A stretch of 64,000 bases of DNA from an uncultured Acidobacteriota bacterium (lineage in GTDB: Bacteria > Acidobacteriota > Terriglobia > UBA7540). A model generated the notes under the pieces. That model searched no databases and was not told where the DNA came from. It worked only from the letters and a program-made list of their open reading frames with translations. The DNA lies in the NCBI GenBank assembly GCA_963804995.1, contig CAWDSK010000006.1, positions 1,952,001 to 2,016,000 on the forward strand, in the 5' to 3' direction. Below are positions 19,110-31,202 of this stretch, one piece after another. Position numbers and translations under genes: made by a program. Within the stretch, counting starts at the first letter, position 1; each line of letters opens with the position of its first letter.

Positions 19110-21224
19110 ATGTCGATGATTCGCCGCGCTTTCAGATCACTCATGCTACTGGGACTCTTCTCGGGCAGTGGGCTATTTGGCCAGACGCCACAGCCGCCCA
19201 TTGCGCCCAAAATTGAGCACCGCGAAACGCGCCACGGAGTCACCGTGGTCGACAACTATTACTGGCTTCGTGAGAAGTCGAATCCGGAAGTCATCAAATA
19301 TCTCGAGGCGGAGAACGCCTATACCGAGGCAATGACCAAGGCCTTGAAACCGTTCCAGAACGCGCTCTATGACGAGATGCTGAGCCACATCAAGCAAACC
19401 GATTTGAGCGTGCCCGTCCGGCGGGACGATTACTACTATTACTCGCGCACCGAGGAAGGCAAACAGTATCCCATCCAATGCCGCAAGAGGGGCAGTCTGG
19501 ATGCACAGGAAGAAGTATTGCTTGATCTGAGCGAGCTAGGGAAAGGTAAGAAGTTCGTCGGGCTCGGAGCCTTCGTCGTGAGCGACGATCAGAATCTGCT
19601 GGCCTATACGATCGACTACGTCGGCTACCGCCAGTTTAGTCTTCAAGTCAAGGATCTGCGGTCAGGCGCCACGCTCCCGGATACGGTGGAACGGGTCAAC
19701 AGCGTGGCCTGGGCTGCCGACAACCGGACCCTCTTCCTAACCACCGAGGACGCAGTAACCAAACGCGCGAACCGGGCGTGGCGCCATTTGCTGAGCCAGA
19801 GGGAATCCGAACCTGTTTATGAAGAAAAGGACGAGACCTTCAGGCTCGGCGTGCACAAGACTCGAGACAAGAAGTACCTGTTGCTGGCCAGCGAAAGCAC
19901 GGACACGACGGAGTTCCACTACCTGCGGGCCGATCAGCCGCAGTCCGAATTCATCGTTTTCCTCCCGCGAGAAAAGCAGCACCGCTATTTCCTCGATCAT
20001 CGCGAGGACCTTTTCTATATTCGCAGCAACAAAGGGGCGAAGAATTATCAGGTTTTCACCGCGCCCGAAAATGATCCCCATCCGAACAACTGGAAAATCT
20101 TCATCCCCCACGATAAGGAAGTTCTGATCGACAACATCGACCTGTTCCGGGATTTTGCGGTTTCGGTGGAGAAGTCGCAAGCGGTCAATCGCATGCGTAT
20201 CTTCGATTTTAAGTCGGGGAAGTGGAGCGCGATCTCCTTCCCTGAACCCGTGTATGCAGCATTTCCTGGCGACACGCCCGAATATGCCTCCCAGACGTAT
20301 CGCTACAGCTACCAAAGCCTGATAACGCCTGCAAGCGTCTTTGACTACGATACCCAGACTGGCAAGTCGACACTTCTGAAACAGCAGGAAGTGCCGGGCG
20401 GTTATGTTCCCTCTCAGTATGTCTCGGAACGCCGGTGGGTGACGGCGCGGGACGGCGTCAAGGTGCCGCTATCGATTGTCTATAAGAAAGGGTTCGAACG
20501 CGACGGCACAAGGCCGCTCTTCCTGTACGCCTATGGTGCTTATGGAATAGGCATGCCCGCCGCGTTTTCGAGTTCACGGCTGGTCTTGCTTGACCGCGGC
20601 TTGGCTTTCGTGATCGCTCACGTACGCGGCGGCAACGACATGGGTGAGCAATGGCGCGACGATGGCAAGCTGATGAACAAGAAGAACACGTTTAACGACT
20701 TCATTGACTGTGCCGAATACCTCATCAAGGAGAAGTGGACCTCCCAGGATCGTCTTCTGATAGAAGGTGGCAGCGCCGGCGGGCTGCTGATGGGCGCGGT
20801 GGTCAACCTGCGTCCGGATCTGTTCCGAGCCGTCCATCTGGCCGTGCCCTTCCTCGATGTCATGAATACCATGATGGACCCGTCAATACCGCTGACCACG
20901 ACCGACTACCCGGAGTGGGGCAACCCGAACGACAAGGCCTTTTACGAATACATCCTTTCGTATAGCCCTTACGATAACCTGCACCCAGCGGCGTATCCGC
21001 CGATGCTGCTCACGGAAAGCCTGAATGACAGCCAGGTCCCGTACTGGGAGTCGGCGAAATTCGTTGCCAAGGCGCGTACTCTAAAGACGGACAACAACCC
21101 GATCCTGCTTAAGATGAAAATGGATCCCGCCGGCCACGGCGGCGCTTCGGGACGTTACGACAAACTGAAGGATAATGCCTTCGAATACGCCTGGCTGCTC
21201 AGCCAAGTCGGCATTACCAAATAA
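19110..21224 (+). CDS. ptrB: S9 family peptidase (oligopeptidase B)
   Basis: DNYYWLR, HVRGG, GGSAGGLL nucleophile elbow, NDSQV, AGHGGASGR. Confidence 0.85.
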   Translation: MSMIRRAFRSLMLLGLFSGSGLFGQTPQPPIAPKIEHRETRHGVTVVDNYYWLREKSNPEVIKYLEAENAYTEAMTKALKPFQNALYDEMLSHIKQTDLSVPVRRDDYYYYSRTEEGKQYPIQCRKRGSLDAQEEVLLDLSELGKGKKFVGLGAFVVSDDQNLLAYTIDYVGYRQFSLQVKDLRSGATLPDTVERVNSVAWAADNRTLFLTTEDAVTKRANRAWRHLLSQRESEPVYEEKDETFRLGVHKTRDKKYLLLASESTDTTEFHYLRADQPQSEFIVFLPREKQHRYFLDHREDLFYIRSNKGAKNYQVFTAPENDPHPNNWKIFIPHDKEVLIDNIDLFRDFAVSVEKSQAVNRMRIFDFKSGKWSAISFPEPVYAAFPGDTPEYASQTYRYSYQSLITPASVFDYDTQTGKSTLLKQQEVPGGYVPSQYVSERRWVTARDGVKVPLSIVYKKGFERDGTRPLFLYAYGAYGIGMPAAFSSSRLVLLDRGLAFVIAHVRGGNDMGEQWRDDGKLMNKKNTFNDFIDCAEYLIKEKWTSQDRLLIEGGSAGGLLMGAVVNLRPDLFRAVHLAVPFLDVMNTMMDPSIPLTTTDYPEWGNPNDKAFYEYILSYSPYDNLHPAAYPPMLLTESLNDSQVPYWESAKFVAKARTLKTDNNPILLKMKMDPAGHGGASGRYDKLKDNAFEYAWLLSQVGITK

Positions 21225-21375
21225 GCTGGACGGGGTAGGATTGTAATTGCGCCGTTGGAACGCTGCTCATGCTCGCCCACAAACTCCATTTTGCGCCGGA
21301 ACAGCCGCAATTCGCGACCACCGACACCTATCGCCGCGGCGATATCGCAACTGCAGGCTATGTCTCGCGCGGCAC

Positions 21376-22746
21376 TTAGACTTGGCTGAAATCGATCATT
21401 TTGGGTTGGGTGCGAAAACCTCGGGTAATGATGGCATCATAGAGGAGCCCCACTCCGAGCGTCACCAACCCGAAAGCATTGGTTTTCCATGGCAGGTACA
21501 ACCAATCCGCCACGCAAAAGAGGAATGCCAGCGAGGGTGCAAGGGCATCCACTACCAGGCGCGATTTTCGGCCAACTTGTTTCAGACTATAGAATTGGCG
21601 CAGGCAGGCTAAATTAACCGCCCCATAGGTGAATAAGGCGACAGAAGAAAAGACCTCCAAAGCGCCCTCCCAATTAAGTGCCTGAGTGCCCAGGAAGGCC
21701 AGCATTCCAATGATCCCAATATTGTAAGCAGGGTTCGCGCGCTTGGGGTCGAGATGGGCAAAGATCTTGCGGGGCAGAATACCATCGCGCCCCATACTGA
21801 AAAGGAGGCGCGCCGAACTGACTTGGCCCGTGAGGCCGGTCCCGAAAAAATTTATGAGAAAACACGCCGCCATGGCGTTGAACAGCAGGACGCCGCCCAC
21901 GCGCCGGGCGATGTCCACAAAAACCGTATCGACATTTTGATAGTTCTGATACTCCGGCCAGACTTGCTGCGCCAGATACATTTGCAGCATCGAAAAAAGA
22001 CCTACGATGACACAGACCAACACAGTGGCCAACAAGACATTCCGTTTAGGATTCTTTACTTCTTCGGCCAGCGTCGTTACGCCGTCAAACCCCATGTAGG
22101 TAACCGACATGAATGCGATTCCCAGCGCGAAGGCGTGCAAATCAAAGGTATGGGAATCGTAAAACGGCTGGATGGAAACAAGTCCGTGCCAACCTTGCTG
22201 GTGGAAGATGTAACGGACCGCCAAGAGCATGAAAATGCCGAGGATCGAAGTCATGAGGAACATCAGAACTTTGTTGGCAAGGGCAGTCCAGCGGATCCCC
22301 AGCAGATTCACAAAAGTTATCAGACCGACCGCTAGTGCCGCTGCCAAAACATAAGGAAGTTCGGGGAGCAATCGATTCACAATCAGCGCAATGTAGATGC
22401 CGGAGGAAACCACCAAGATCATGTATTCGCTAAACATCGCCCAACCCACCACAAATCCAAGGTGAGGGTTCAACCCTAGCGAGGTGTAAGTGTAGGCAGA
22501 TCCAGCGGAGGGATAAATCGTCGCAAGTCGCCCGAAGCTGAGAGCCGTCAGCGCCATGGGAATCATGGCGGCAAGGAGAATGGAAACCGTGTGGCCGTGC
22601 GAGATGACTTGCGCGTTACCTAACTGTGGGGCGGGCGTGATGGAAGTGATGACCAGCCCGTATAAAATCAGGTCCCAAAGCGAGAGCGCACGTTTCAGGT
22701 GCGGCGCATCGCTCGTGGAACCTGCTGAAGCGGGATTTGATGCCAT
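21376..22746 (-). CDS. APC family amino acid/polyamine permease
   Basis: LKRALSLWDL, PSAGSAYTY, GFDGVTTLAEE, ARLLFSMGRDG. Confidence 0.9.
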   Translation of the reverse strand: MASNPASAGSTSDAPHLKRALSLWDLILYGLVITSITPAPQLGNAQVISHGHTVSILLAAMIPMALTALSFGRLATIYPSAGSAYTYTSLGLNPHLGFVVGWAMFSEYMILVVSSGIYIALIVNRLLPELPYVLAAALAVGLITFVNLLGIRWTALANKVLMFLMTSILGIFMLLAVRYIFHQQGWHGLVSIQPFYDSHTFDLHAFALGIAFMSVTYMGFDGVTTLAEEVKNPKRNVLLATVLVCVIVGLFSMLQMYLAQQVWPEYQNYQNVDTVFVDIARRVGGVLLFNAMAACFLINFFGTGLTGQVSSARLLFSMGRDGILPRKIFAHLDPKRANPAYNIGIIGMLAFLGTQALNWEGALEVFSSVALFTYGAVNLACLRQFYSLKQVGRKSRLVVDALAPSLAFLFCVADWLYLPWKTNAFGLVTLGVGLLYDAIITRGFRTQPKMIDFSQV

Positions 22747-22791
22747 GAGATATCCTGAGTATAGCTAAAATGTCACCATTGATCGAGAGTT

Positions 22792-22882
22792 GGGTGGTGG
22801 TGTCATTTGGTGTGGCACGGCCATCTTGGCCGTGACCCTTCACGGGCGGGACGCCCGTGGCACTTCCAAATGACACCACTAC
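22792..22882. mobile_element. MITE-like element: GGTRGTGGTGTCATTTGG terminal inverted repeats around a REP doublet
   Basis: ggtggtggtgtcatttgg ... ccaaatgacaccactacc; related at 29012-29209. Confidence 0.6.
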
Positions 22883-23170
22883 CGAGAGTTGAAAAGGGGT
22901 GGTCGAACCCGCGTACCACGGCGCGCCGCGGGCGCTTTTCATCGCCTGCCCGATGGCGCGCAATTTGGACAGGCCGATTCGCGACCTGTCCCGCTTTGAT
23001 CGGGAACCAGCTTTCCCCCCAAACTGAAAAGTGGTAGCATCCGCGCTGGGCGCCACGGCAAGCGCCCTCAACAATTCGTGCCCGCCAACCTGTCCCGAAG
23101 GTTCGGATCGGAAGGCGGACTTTACGATTGCCGGCGCGATTGTCATCCAGTCTCTACGGAGGAACCAAGG

Positions 23171-24766
23171 GTGAAGCGAAAAGTGCGAGAAATGCTGGTT
23201 TGTGGAGGGGTTGCGGCGGTGCTGGCGCTGGCGGCATTTGCGGCTTTGGCGCCTGCCCAAGCCCCGAGTCCTAATCCCAACGTCCCTCCTTTCGGATTAC
23301 CTCGACTTCATTCGAAGCCCGCGCCCCCACCGCCGGTGGAAAACCCTACGCCGGGACACGTTCACATCATCCTTTGGTTTGATACGGAGGACTACATTCT
23401 GCCGCAGAGCGACGATGCCGCCAAACGCCTGGCCGTGTTCCTGACGCAGCAGGGAATCTCCGCGACCTTCAAAGTGGTGGGACAGAAGGCGCGCACGCTC
23501 TCGCAGCGGCAAAGGTTGGACGTAATTGGCGCCTTGTCCCACCACGACATCGGGTATCACTCCAACACGCACAGCCAGCACCCGACCGTGGCGGAATACG
23601 AGTCGACGCTCGACTGGGACACTGGCGTCGAAGAATTCACGCGTCGTGAACGCGCGGGCTATGACGATGTTGCTCACATCTTCGGAAAGGCTCCCGTGGC
23701 TTACGGACAGCCGGGGTCTTCCTGGGCGCCGCAGGTTTTCCCAGCGCTGCGTAAATGGGGGGTGCAGGTTTATCTCGACGAAGGCACGCAAGTCGGATTG
23801 AAAGGCCGCCCCTTTTGGTATGGAGGCCTCCTCAACATTTTTAACACGCAAGAGGGAGAGCAGCTTCATCCCAATCAGGACTGGTCCAATTTGGACGCGG
23901 CCAAGGCCAAGTTCCAGGATTTCTATATCCGCATGACCTCGCGGAAAGAGGGTGGAATCATCAGCTTGTATTTCCATCCCTGCGAATTCGTGCACAAGGA
24001 ATTTTGGGACGCCGTGAATTTCCGGGAAGGGGCAAATCCGCCCGAGTCGGAATGGCGGCTCCCTCCGGTGAAGACTCCGGAAGAGAGCGAGAGGTCCTTC
24101 AAGTATTTTGAAGACATGGTGGTCTACATGAAGACCTTCCCGCGCGTGGATTTCATCACCGCCTCCCAAGCGGCCAGCCTGTTTGCGGATCGCGCCCAGA
24201 AGCACGTATTTACCTCGCAGGAAATTGCCGAGATGGCGGGCCAGGTGGAGCCGGATGTGTCCTTTCAGGTGGGTGGACGCTTCAACCTCAGCCCCAGCGA
24301 GGTTCTTTATCTGCTCAACAAATTCGCGGCAAACATCATCAGGCACCAGGGCGCCGATCCGCTCTTCCTGGTGAATGGCACCCCCTACGGGCCCGCCTCG
24401 GCGACGGGGGAGCTTACGGCGAAGCTGGAAGTTCCCTGGAACCAGTTCGCGCGCACGGTTCTGGACGTCCAGGACGAACTGGACAAGACGGGGCAGATTC
24501 CCAATGCCATCTGGCTGGGCAGCCAACCCATTCCGCCGGAGAGCTATCTGGTTGGGCTGGCCCATACTACGGTGACACTTACCCAGCAAGGTGAAACGCC
24601 GGCGAGCGTTACTTTCGAGCCTGCCCACCTGGCAACTGCCCAGTACGTGGCTGAGGATTCCCCGGCACTGTGGGGCTGGATTATTTTCCCCCGCGGATTT
24701 CGTGCTCCCAAGCTCATGTCGCTCGCCAAATTGCAAGCCTGGACCTTAAAGCCCGCGCGCGAGTAA
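23171..24766 (+). CDS. Secreted polysaccharide deacetylase-like protein
   Basis: Signal peptide; WFDTED, ATF, IGYHSNTHS, YFHP NodB-like motifs. Confidence 0.7.
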   Translation: MKRKVREMLVCGGVAAVLALAAFAALAPAQAPSPNPNVPPFGLPRLHSKPAPPPPVENPTPGHVHIILWFDTEDYILPQSDDAAKRLAVFLTQQGISATFKVVGQKARTLSQRQRLDVIGALSHHDIGYHSNTHSQHPTVAEYESTLDWDTGVEEFTRRERAGYDDVAHIFGKAPVAYGQPGSSWAPQVFPALRKWGVQVYLDEGTQVGLKGRPFWYGGLLNIFNTQEGEQLHPNQDWSNLDAAKAKFQDFYIRMTSRKEGGIISLYFHPCEFVHKEFWDAVNFREGANPPESEWRLPPVKTPEESERSFKYFEDMVVYMKTFPRVDFITASQAASLFADRAQKHVFTSQEIAEMAGQVEPDVSFQVGGRFNLSPSEVLYLLNKFAANIIRHQGADPLFLVNGTPYGPASATGELTAKLEVPWNQFARTVLDVQDELDKTGQIPNAIWLGSQPIPPESYLVGLAHTTVTLTQQGETPASVTFEPAHLATAQYVAEDSPALWGWIIFPRGFRAPKLMSLAKLQAWTLKPARE

Positions 24767-25103
24767 GCCGCTAGTCAATCCGGACGCGCCGGCGGTAGCG
24801 GTTCCATTTGCAGTAGAGGTGGCGCGCCAAGCGCTGGGGTAGTGTTGACAGGGGGATAAAGGGGTGGTGTTGATAGTGAATAAAACGATAATGCAGGCTA
24901 AAGCCCGGACGTTAGAAGTCCGATAGTCAACGCGAGGCTCGCTGGGGAACACCCCGCAAAGCCATCCGTAGGGACATATTGTCTCTTTTGAATATACAAG
25001 TATATGGAGAGATTATACAAATTATCATATTACGGGGGACGGGACAGGAGATTGAGAACTTGGTCGCATATTTATTTTCAGTGAGTTACATACATGCATG
25101 GTT

Positions 25104-25118
25104 TGGCCGTAAATTTGC
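25104..25118 (+). promoter_or_regulatory. Possible sigma54 promoter for the TonB gene
   Basis: TGGC-CGTAAAT-TTGC (GG-N10-GC) following an AT-rich region. Confidence 0.4.
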
Positions 25119-25309
25119 GGGAAGTCAATATTCTGGTGCGTTTGTGGGCCAGACCTGTCCTATTTGGGTGAAATAACCATTTGGTTTGCAACCCCCCCAT
25201 GTTTTACCCGCCCTCGCAGTGGCAGCTTCTTAGCAGAAGTTTTTTGGTGTTGTCCGACCCTGTCCCGGAACCTCGGGTAGTTTAATACTGGTTTTCTTGA
25301 GGAGGTAGT

Positions 25310-28300
25310 ATGCGCATCAACCCGGCATTGAAGGCATTGCTTCTGGGTGTCGCAATCGGCCTTTTTACCGTCAGCCCCGTAAGGGCTGACGATGTTTATG
25401 GCAGAATCCGCGGTACGGTCACGGACCCCAGCGGCGCGGTAATTCCGAGTGTGCCTGTGACGGTCAGGAATGTTGACACCGGAGTCACGCGGACGACCAC
25501 GACGGCGACGGACGGCAACTACGAACTTTTGAATCTCCTCGCGCCGGCAATCTACACGGTCAGCGTCGAGCATTCCGGGTTCATGCGCTTTGAGGCGACC
25601 AACATTCACCTGGCGCTGACCCAGATTTATGTACTGAACATCAAGCTGGAGCTTGGCCAAACCACCCAGCGGGTCACCGTGGAAGCCGCTTCCGCGCAAG
25701 TCGAAAGCACCAGTATGCAACTGGGTGCAAACCTGACGGGGAGTTACATCGTCGACCTTCCGCTCAATGGCCGCAACTGGGTGGATCTTCAGACAGACCC
25801 TGCCGGGCGTAGTTTCATCCATCGACTTCGCGCACAACTTCTCCACCAGTGGGTCCCGCTCCCAGGACAACAGCTTCCTGGTCAACGGCACAGACGCTCA
25901 GGACCTCGCCTTGAACACTCCTTTGCTCACCGTCAGCCCTGATGCGATCGCCGAAGTGAGCATGATCACCAACACCATCAATCCTGAATATGGACGGAAT
26001 GGCGGGGCGATCATGAATGCGGTGACGAAATCCGGGACGAACCGATTCCACGGCGATGCGTTTGAGTTTTACCGCGACCCCTTCTTGAACGCGCGCAATT
26101 TCTTCCAGGCCAAACCTGCCCAGTTTCACCAGAACCAGTTCGGGGGTACCCTCGGCGGCCCGATATGGAAGAACCATACGTTCTTCTTCTTCTCCTATCA
26201 AGGCACCCGGAACCGCTCCCCGATCGCCAACGGCCGTGGCTTCGCGGGCCCCACTACCCCAGTATTCACAAGTGATCAGCTCAGCGGAATTTTCCCCGGC
26301 CTCGCCACGTCGAAGAAGAAGTCTCCTTTCGCGCTCCAAGGCGAGGATGGCAATACCTATCCGGCAGGAACACCGTACTCAACGCTCTTCCCGACCGGGC
26401 ACATGCCGGCGGCTGACTTCAATTCGGTTGCGGTCAACATGCTTAAGACTTATATGCCCCCCGCCAATCTGAATGGGGACACCTTTAGCTGGAATCCCAT
26501 CTCCACCAACAAGTTTAATCAATACATTAGCCGCATTGACCACAACTTCAGCCCCAAGGATTCGATCGCCGCCTACTGGTTCATCGAACAGCAGGCGAGT
26601 CAGGACGACGAGTCCTTTTATGGGGGCAGTGTTCCCGGGTTCGCCGAGCAACAGACCGCCCGGATCCAAAACATGAATGTGACCTGGAACCATACTTTCG
26701 GCGCGGCCATAATTAACGAAGCGCGCTTGGGGTACAACCGGTTCGGGTACAATACGGTGAACCCCGTGAAACCGATTCTACCCTCCGCACTGGGCTTTAC
26801 GGGGATCATTCCACAGAATGCCGCCGGTGCGGGGGCTCCTTGCCTTGACATGATCGACTATGAGCCGCCCGGGGCGGGCTGCACGCTGGGGTTCAGCCAG
26901 GACGGCCCGCAGCCCAGGATCGATCAGACCTATCACGTTACGGATAATTTCACCTGGCTGCACGGGAACCATACGATCAAACTAGGTTTCGACATGCGTC
27001 GCGCTGAGGTTTGGAACCCCTTCAACTTCCTTAACAACGGATACTTTCAATTCTATGGGAGCGGCGCTTACAGCACGGGGATTGACGGAGCGGATCTCCT
27101 GCTGGGGATTCCCGACGTTTACGTGCAAAGCAGTGGTGGCATTATCGATGCCAGAACGCGGGAATACTATGCGTACTTCCAGGATCAATGGAAAGTCCGC
27201 TCGAATTTGACCCTCACGTATGGGGTGGGGTGGCAAGACAATACTCCGCAGAACGACATCTACAATGGCGGCGTGGCCATCAATGCTTTCCGGCCCGGGG
27301 TACAATCCACGGTTTACCCGACAGCGCCCGCCGGACTGTTGTTTCCCGGAGATGCCGGCATCTCGACTTCCAGCTACAGCAACCAGCCTAAGCATTTTGG
27401 CCCCCGCCTGGGCTTTGCCTGGAGCCCGGATCAAGCGCGCAAGTGGAGTGTCCGAGCGGGCTTTGGGGTTTACTTCAACCAGATCGAGGAAGAGATCACC
27501 CTTCAAAACCTGCAATCGCCTCCTTTCTCATTGACGGACTATGGCATCCTGGATGTGGGGGGGACCTCCGCTTTCGCTACTCCTTTTACCGACATCCACA
27601 CGGGTCACTCGATAGCTAACAAATACCCCTTCGTCCCGCCCAAGACTGGAGACAAGTCGGTTGATTTCGGCTTCTTCCAGCCGATGGTGCTGAAGGTTTT
27701 TGATAAGAACCTCACCACCCCCAGCGCCTACAACTACAACTTCACGGTGCAGCGCGAACTGCCCGCCGCCACGATCCTCCAGGTAGGCTACGTGGGGCAC
27801 CAGGGGCGACACCTGTCGCAACGTTACGAGCTGAACCCGCCAGGACAGGCGCCGGGAGTTAACCCCGTCTGTGCGGCCGATCCCAGTTGCGGTTACGGAA
27901 CGATGGGTTTCACAGATCCTGGGACTTTCCGTTATGACCCCCTAACCTTCGCCTCGGTGGGGGTGCAGGCTACGGATGCAAACTCCAATTACAACGCGCT
28001 GCAAATCGCCATCACCAAGAAAACGACGCACGGGTTGGATTTTCAGTCGAGCTATACCTGGTCGCATTCCCTTGACACAACCTCCAGCCTTGAGAACACC
28101 GGCCGCAGTAGCTCGGCGCCCAACCCTTGGAACCTGGGTGCAACCTACGGCGACTCTGCTTACGACGCCCGCCAGCGGTTCGTCATCAGCTACGGCTATA
28201 CCATTCCTTCCATTCGGCAGTTTGATTCTTTCCGTGCGGTTCCCAGCCGCCTGGTGGAGGGATGGAGATTGGGTGGCATAACCGTTTTCCAAACCGGGTT

Positions 28301-28757
28301 CCCCATTGGTCTTTCTGACAGCTCCGATAACTCTCTTACCTGCTGGGCGTACACCAGCTATGGTTGCTCGGAGCGGCCGAATCTGGTCGGCCCGATACAA
28401 ACGTACAACCCGCGGACTGCCAATTTGATAAATTCTACACACGGCGCATCCACCCATGTCCGGACAACGTACTGGTTCAACCCCAATTCCTTTGCCCCCG
28501 AGACGCTCGGAGTTATTGGAAACTCGGGAGAGAACTTCTTCCACGGGCCCGGCCTAAACAACTGGACCGTGGGTATGTACAAGGACACCAAGATCACGGA
28601 GTCCACCAAGATCGAACTGCGCTTTGAATTCTTTAACTTCTTCAATCACACGCAGTTCACCAGCGTGGGCGGTGATATCAATTCCAGCACCTTTGGACGT
28701 GCCACCAGCGCCCGCGATCCCCGGCTGATTCAATTGGCCGCCAAATTCGTGTTCTAG
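25310..28757 (+). CDS. TonB-dependent receptor-like (Oar-type) protein, one frameshift near 25793
   Basis: GRIRGTVTDPSGA, DLPLNGRN, TKSGTNRFHG, QDQWKV, C-terminal LAAKFVF; removing one A in CTTCAGACAGACC joins the frames. Confidence 0.85.
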
Positions 28758-28781
28758 TCGATCGTAAGTTCTGGAATGATT

Positions 28782-28820
28782 AAGGGCGTCCCGATTAACC
28801 GGGGCGCCCTTGCTTTTTTT
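28782..28820 (+). terminator. Rho-independent terminator
   Basis: AAGGGCGTCCCG/CGGGGCGCCCTT stem followed by T7. Confidence 0.8.
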
Positions 28821-29045
28821 GCTGCGACTATTTCTTGACCGCCCAATGCAGTCCGATTCCGCCAAAAATATACGCGCGAGTGTCCACCCGAGTGTATCCT
28901 CTCCGCTGCAACAGGGAAGAGAAATCCGCGATGGAAGCAAATCCACGGAGCGAGCGAGGTATGTAGGTGTAGAGGCGGGGACGTCCATGCAAGAGCAGGC
29001 CCCAGAAGGCTGGTGGGAGGTGTCCTTTGCGTGCCACGGGCGTCC

Positions 29046-29174
29046 GAAGGTGTGAAGAAATCGTCTAAAACCTTCTTACCGCAGAGACGCTGAGGCGCAG
29101 AGCAATGAAAATAAAGGTCCTTTTCTCTGCGCCTCCGCGCCTCCGCGGTAAAAATACTATTTCTTCACGCCTTC
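29046..29174. mobile_element. MITE with GAAGGTGTGAAGAAAT TIRs and TCC target duplication, inside a REP
   Basis: cacgggcgTCC-gaaggtgtgaagaaat...atttcttcacgccttc-TCCcgcccgtg. Confidence 0.7.
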
Positions 29175-29351
29175 TCCCGCCCGTGGCACTTCCCAATGAC
29201 ACCACCACCGGCCGGTGCGTCGCGATGGCATCCCGCGCGGGCTTGTGGTACCATTTTTGCCGCACAATTGCTTTCCTCGCGCAACCCGCCTCCGCGGTGT
29301 GTTGCGGGTTGCCATCGGGATTAATGTTATGAGCTGAAAGGAACGTTTTAT

Positions 29352-30101
29352 ATGTCAGGCCATTCTAAGTGGGCGACGATCAAGCACAAGAAGGGCGCAG
29401 CGGACGCGCGCCGGGGAAAGATTTTCACCAAGGTCATCAAGGAAATCACGGTGGCGGCGCGCATCGGGGGTGGCGATGTGGACACCAATCCTCGCCTGCG
29501 GACGGCGGTCAGTGCTGCCAAAGCTGAAAACATGCCCGCCGATAACATCAAGCGAGCCATTCAGAAGGGCACCGGCGAACTGCCCGGCACGACCTATGAA
29601 GAGTGCGTGTACGAGGCCTACGGGCCGGGTGGCGTGGCCATGATGTGTGAGGTCACGACCGACAACAAAAACCGCACAACGTCGGAAATCCGCCACATCT
29701 TCGCCAAGCACGGCGGGGCATTCGGGGCCTCCGTGGCGTGGATCTTTCACAAGAAGGGTTACGTGGTCGTGGAGAAAGGCAAAGCGGACGAGGAAAAGTT
29801 GCTGGAGCTGATTACCGAGGCGGGCGCTGACAACATGATCGATGACGGCAGCAACTGGGAGATTCTTTCCAGTCCGGAGAACTTCCACAACGTCGTGGAA
29901 GGCTTGAAGGCCGCGCAAATCACTCCGGCAGCAGCGGAGGTTACCATGGTGCCGCAGAACTACGTGAAGCTGACCGGCAAGCAGGCTGACCAGATGCTGC
30001 GGCTGATGGATGAATTGGAAGACCACGAAGACGTTTCGCACGTCTACGCCAACTTCGACATTGAAGAATCGGAAATGCATGCCCTGACGCAGACGAAGTG
30101 A
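29352..30101 (+). CDS. yebC: YebC/PmpR family protein
   Basis: [34 protein letters not shown]. Confidence 0.95.
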   Translation: MSGHSKWATIKHKKGAADARRGKIFTKVIKEITVAARIGGGDVDTNPRLRTAVSAAKAENMPADNIKRAIQKGTGELPGTTYEECVYEAYGPGGVAMMCEVTTDNKNRTTSEIRHIFAKHGGAFGASVAWIFHKKGYVVVEKGKADEEKLLELITEAGADNMIDDGSNWEILSSPENFHNVVEGLKAAQITPAAAEVTMVPQNYVKLTGKQADQMLRLMDELEDHEDVSHVYANFDIEESEMHALTQTK

Positions 30102-30162
30102 GGGGCGGGGCACTGAAGCCCCGGTCCTCACCTTACTGGTGAGAAATGACCTAGCCCCGATG

Positions 30163-30391
30163 CTGTTCACTTAAGCTCTTTTAGGTGGATAGTTTCCTGT
30201 TCAATGCCAAGACCCCCTCACCCCCGGCCCCTCCCCCAAAGGGGCGAGGGGGGAGTTAATTTGAATTTACTACCCTCGCCCCTTTGGGGGAGAGGGTGGA
30301 CCGCAGCCGGCGTTTTCATCAGCCGGAGCGGGACGGGTGAGGGGGTCGCCTGGGAACAAATTGCGAAGGAACAAACCCATTAAGTGAACAG
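30163..30391. mobile_element. MITE-like element with CTGTTCACTTAA terminal inverted repeats around a REP doublet
   Basis: ctgttcacttaa 30163-30174 and ttaagtgaacag 30380-30391. Confidence 0.55.
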
Positions 30392-30476
30392 TATTGGACC
30401 CAAAGGTGAGGGAGCGCGCCCCGCCCCAAATAGCGCGTGCGGTGGGCTCTTCACCTCACGAGGAATCAGAAGACGA

Positions 30477-31172
30477 ATGATGGGAGCAGGTAATCTTAAG
30501 ATCATCTTCAAGTTCATCCCTCGCCCGCAATCCCTATTTCTTTTGATAGTTGGAATCCTGACACTGACCCTGCGGGGGGGTGCAACCGCGCATGCGGATT
30601 CCGTGCCTTGTCTTACCTTTACCAAAATCCTGCAGGGTAGTGCTCCCGAATACATGCACCTGCGTGTGGATGCGGACGGCAAGGCGACCTACGATGGCCG
30701 CAAGCTGGCAGACCCGCCGAACCCCCGCCCGCTTGAGATTTCACGGGCCACGACCGCGCGCCTCTTTTCTCTGGCGGAGTCGTTAGGCTACTTCCGTGGT
30801 CTCACGCTGGAAAGTCGTCACAAAGTCGCGAACATGGGCCTGAAGACCCTGACCTACGAAACCGGCGGACAGGTCAGCCGGGTGGAATATAACTACACCG
30901 AGAACCGCACCGCGGACGAACTTTCCCTACTCTTTGAGAAGATCAGCGCCGTCGAGGAACACGTCGCGCAACTCGATTACGCCCTCAAATATGACCACCT
31001 GAGTTTGCCCCAGCAATTGCGCCAAATCCAGATGGAGATGGACAATAATGATTTGGCTGAGGCCCAGTTGCTTGTCCCCATACTTGAGAAGATTTCGAGC
31101 AACCCGCGCGTGCTGCACCTGGCCCAGTCCCGCGCCCAGGATATCCTGACCCGCCTCCACGCGAATAATTGA
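30477..31172 (+). CDS. Secreted hypothetical protein
   Basis: Hydrophobic signal-like segment followed by a soluble domain (KVANMGLKTLTY); start uncertain. Confidence 0.7.
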   Translation: MMGAGNLKIIFKFIPRPQSLFLLIVGILTLTLRGGATAHADSVPCLTFTKILQGSAPEYMHLRVDADGKATYDGRKLADPPNPRPLEISRATTARLFSLAESLGYFRGLTLESRHKVANMGLKTLTYETGGQVSRVEYNYTENRTADELSLLFEKISAVEEHVAQLDYALKYDHLSLPQQLRQIQMEMDNNDLAEAQLLVPILEKISSNPRVLHLAQSRAQDILTRLHANN

Positions 31173-31202
31173 TGCCCGACCGCGCTAGTGGCACGGGCAT
31201 CC

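Noticed and set aside
25780..25800. Programmed frameshifting in the TonB gene, the M48 gene (46540) and the CxxC gene (49538)
   Set aside because: Single extra bases with no slippery sequence, scattered over unrelated genes. Read error is the simpler explanation.
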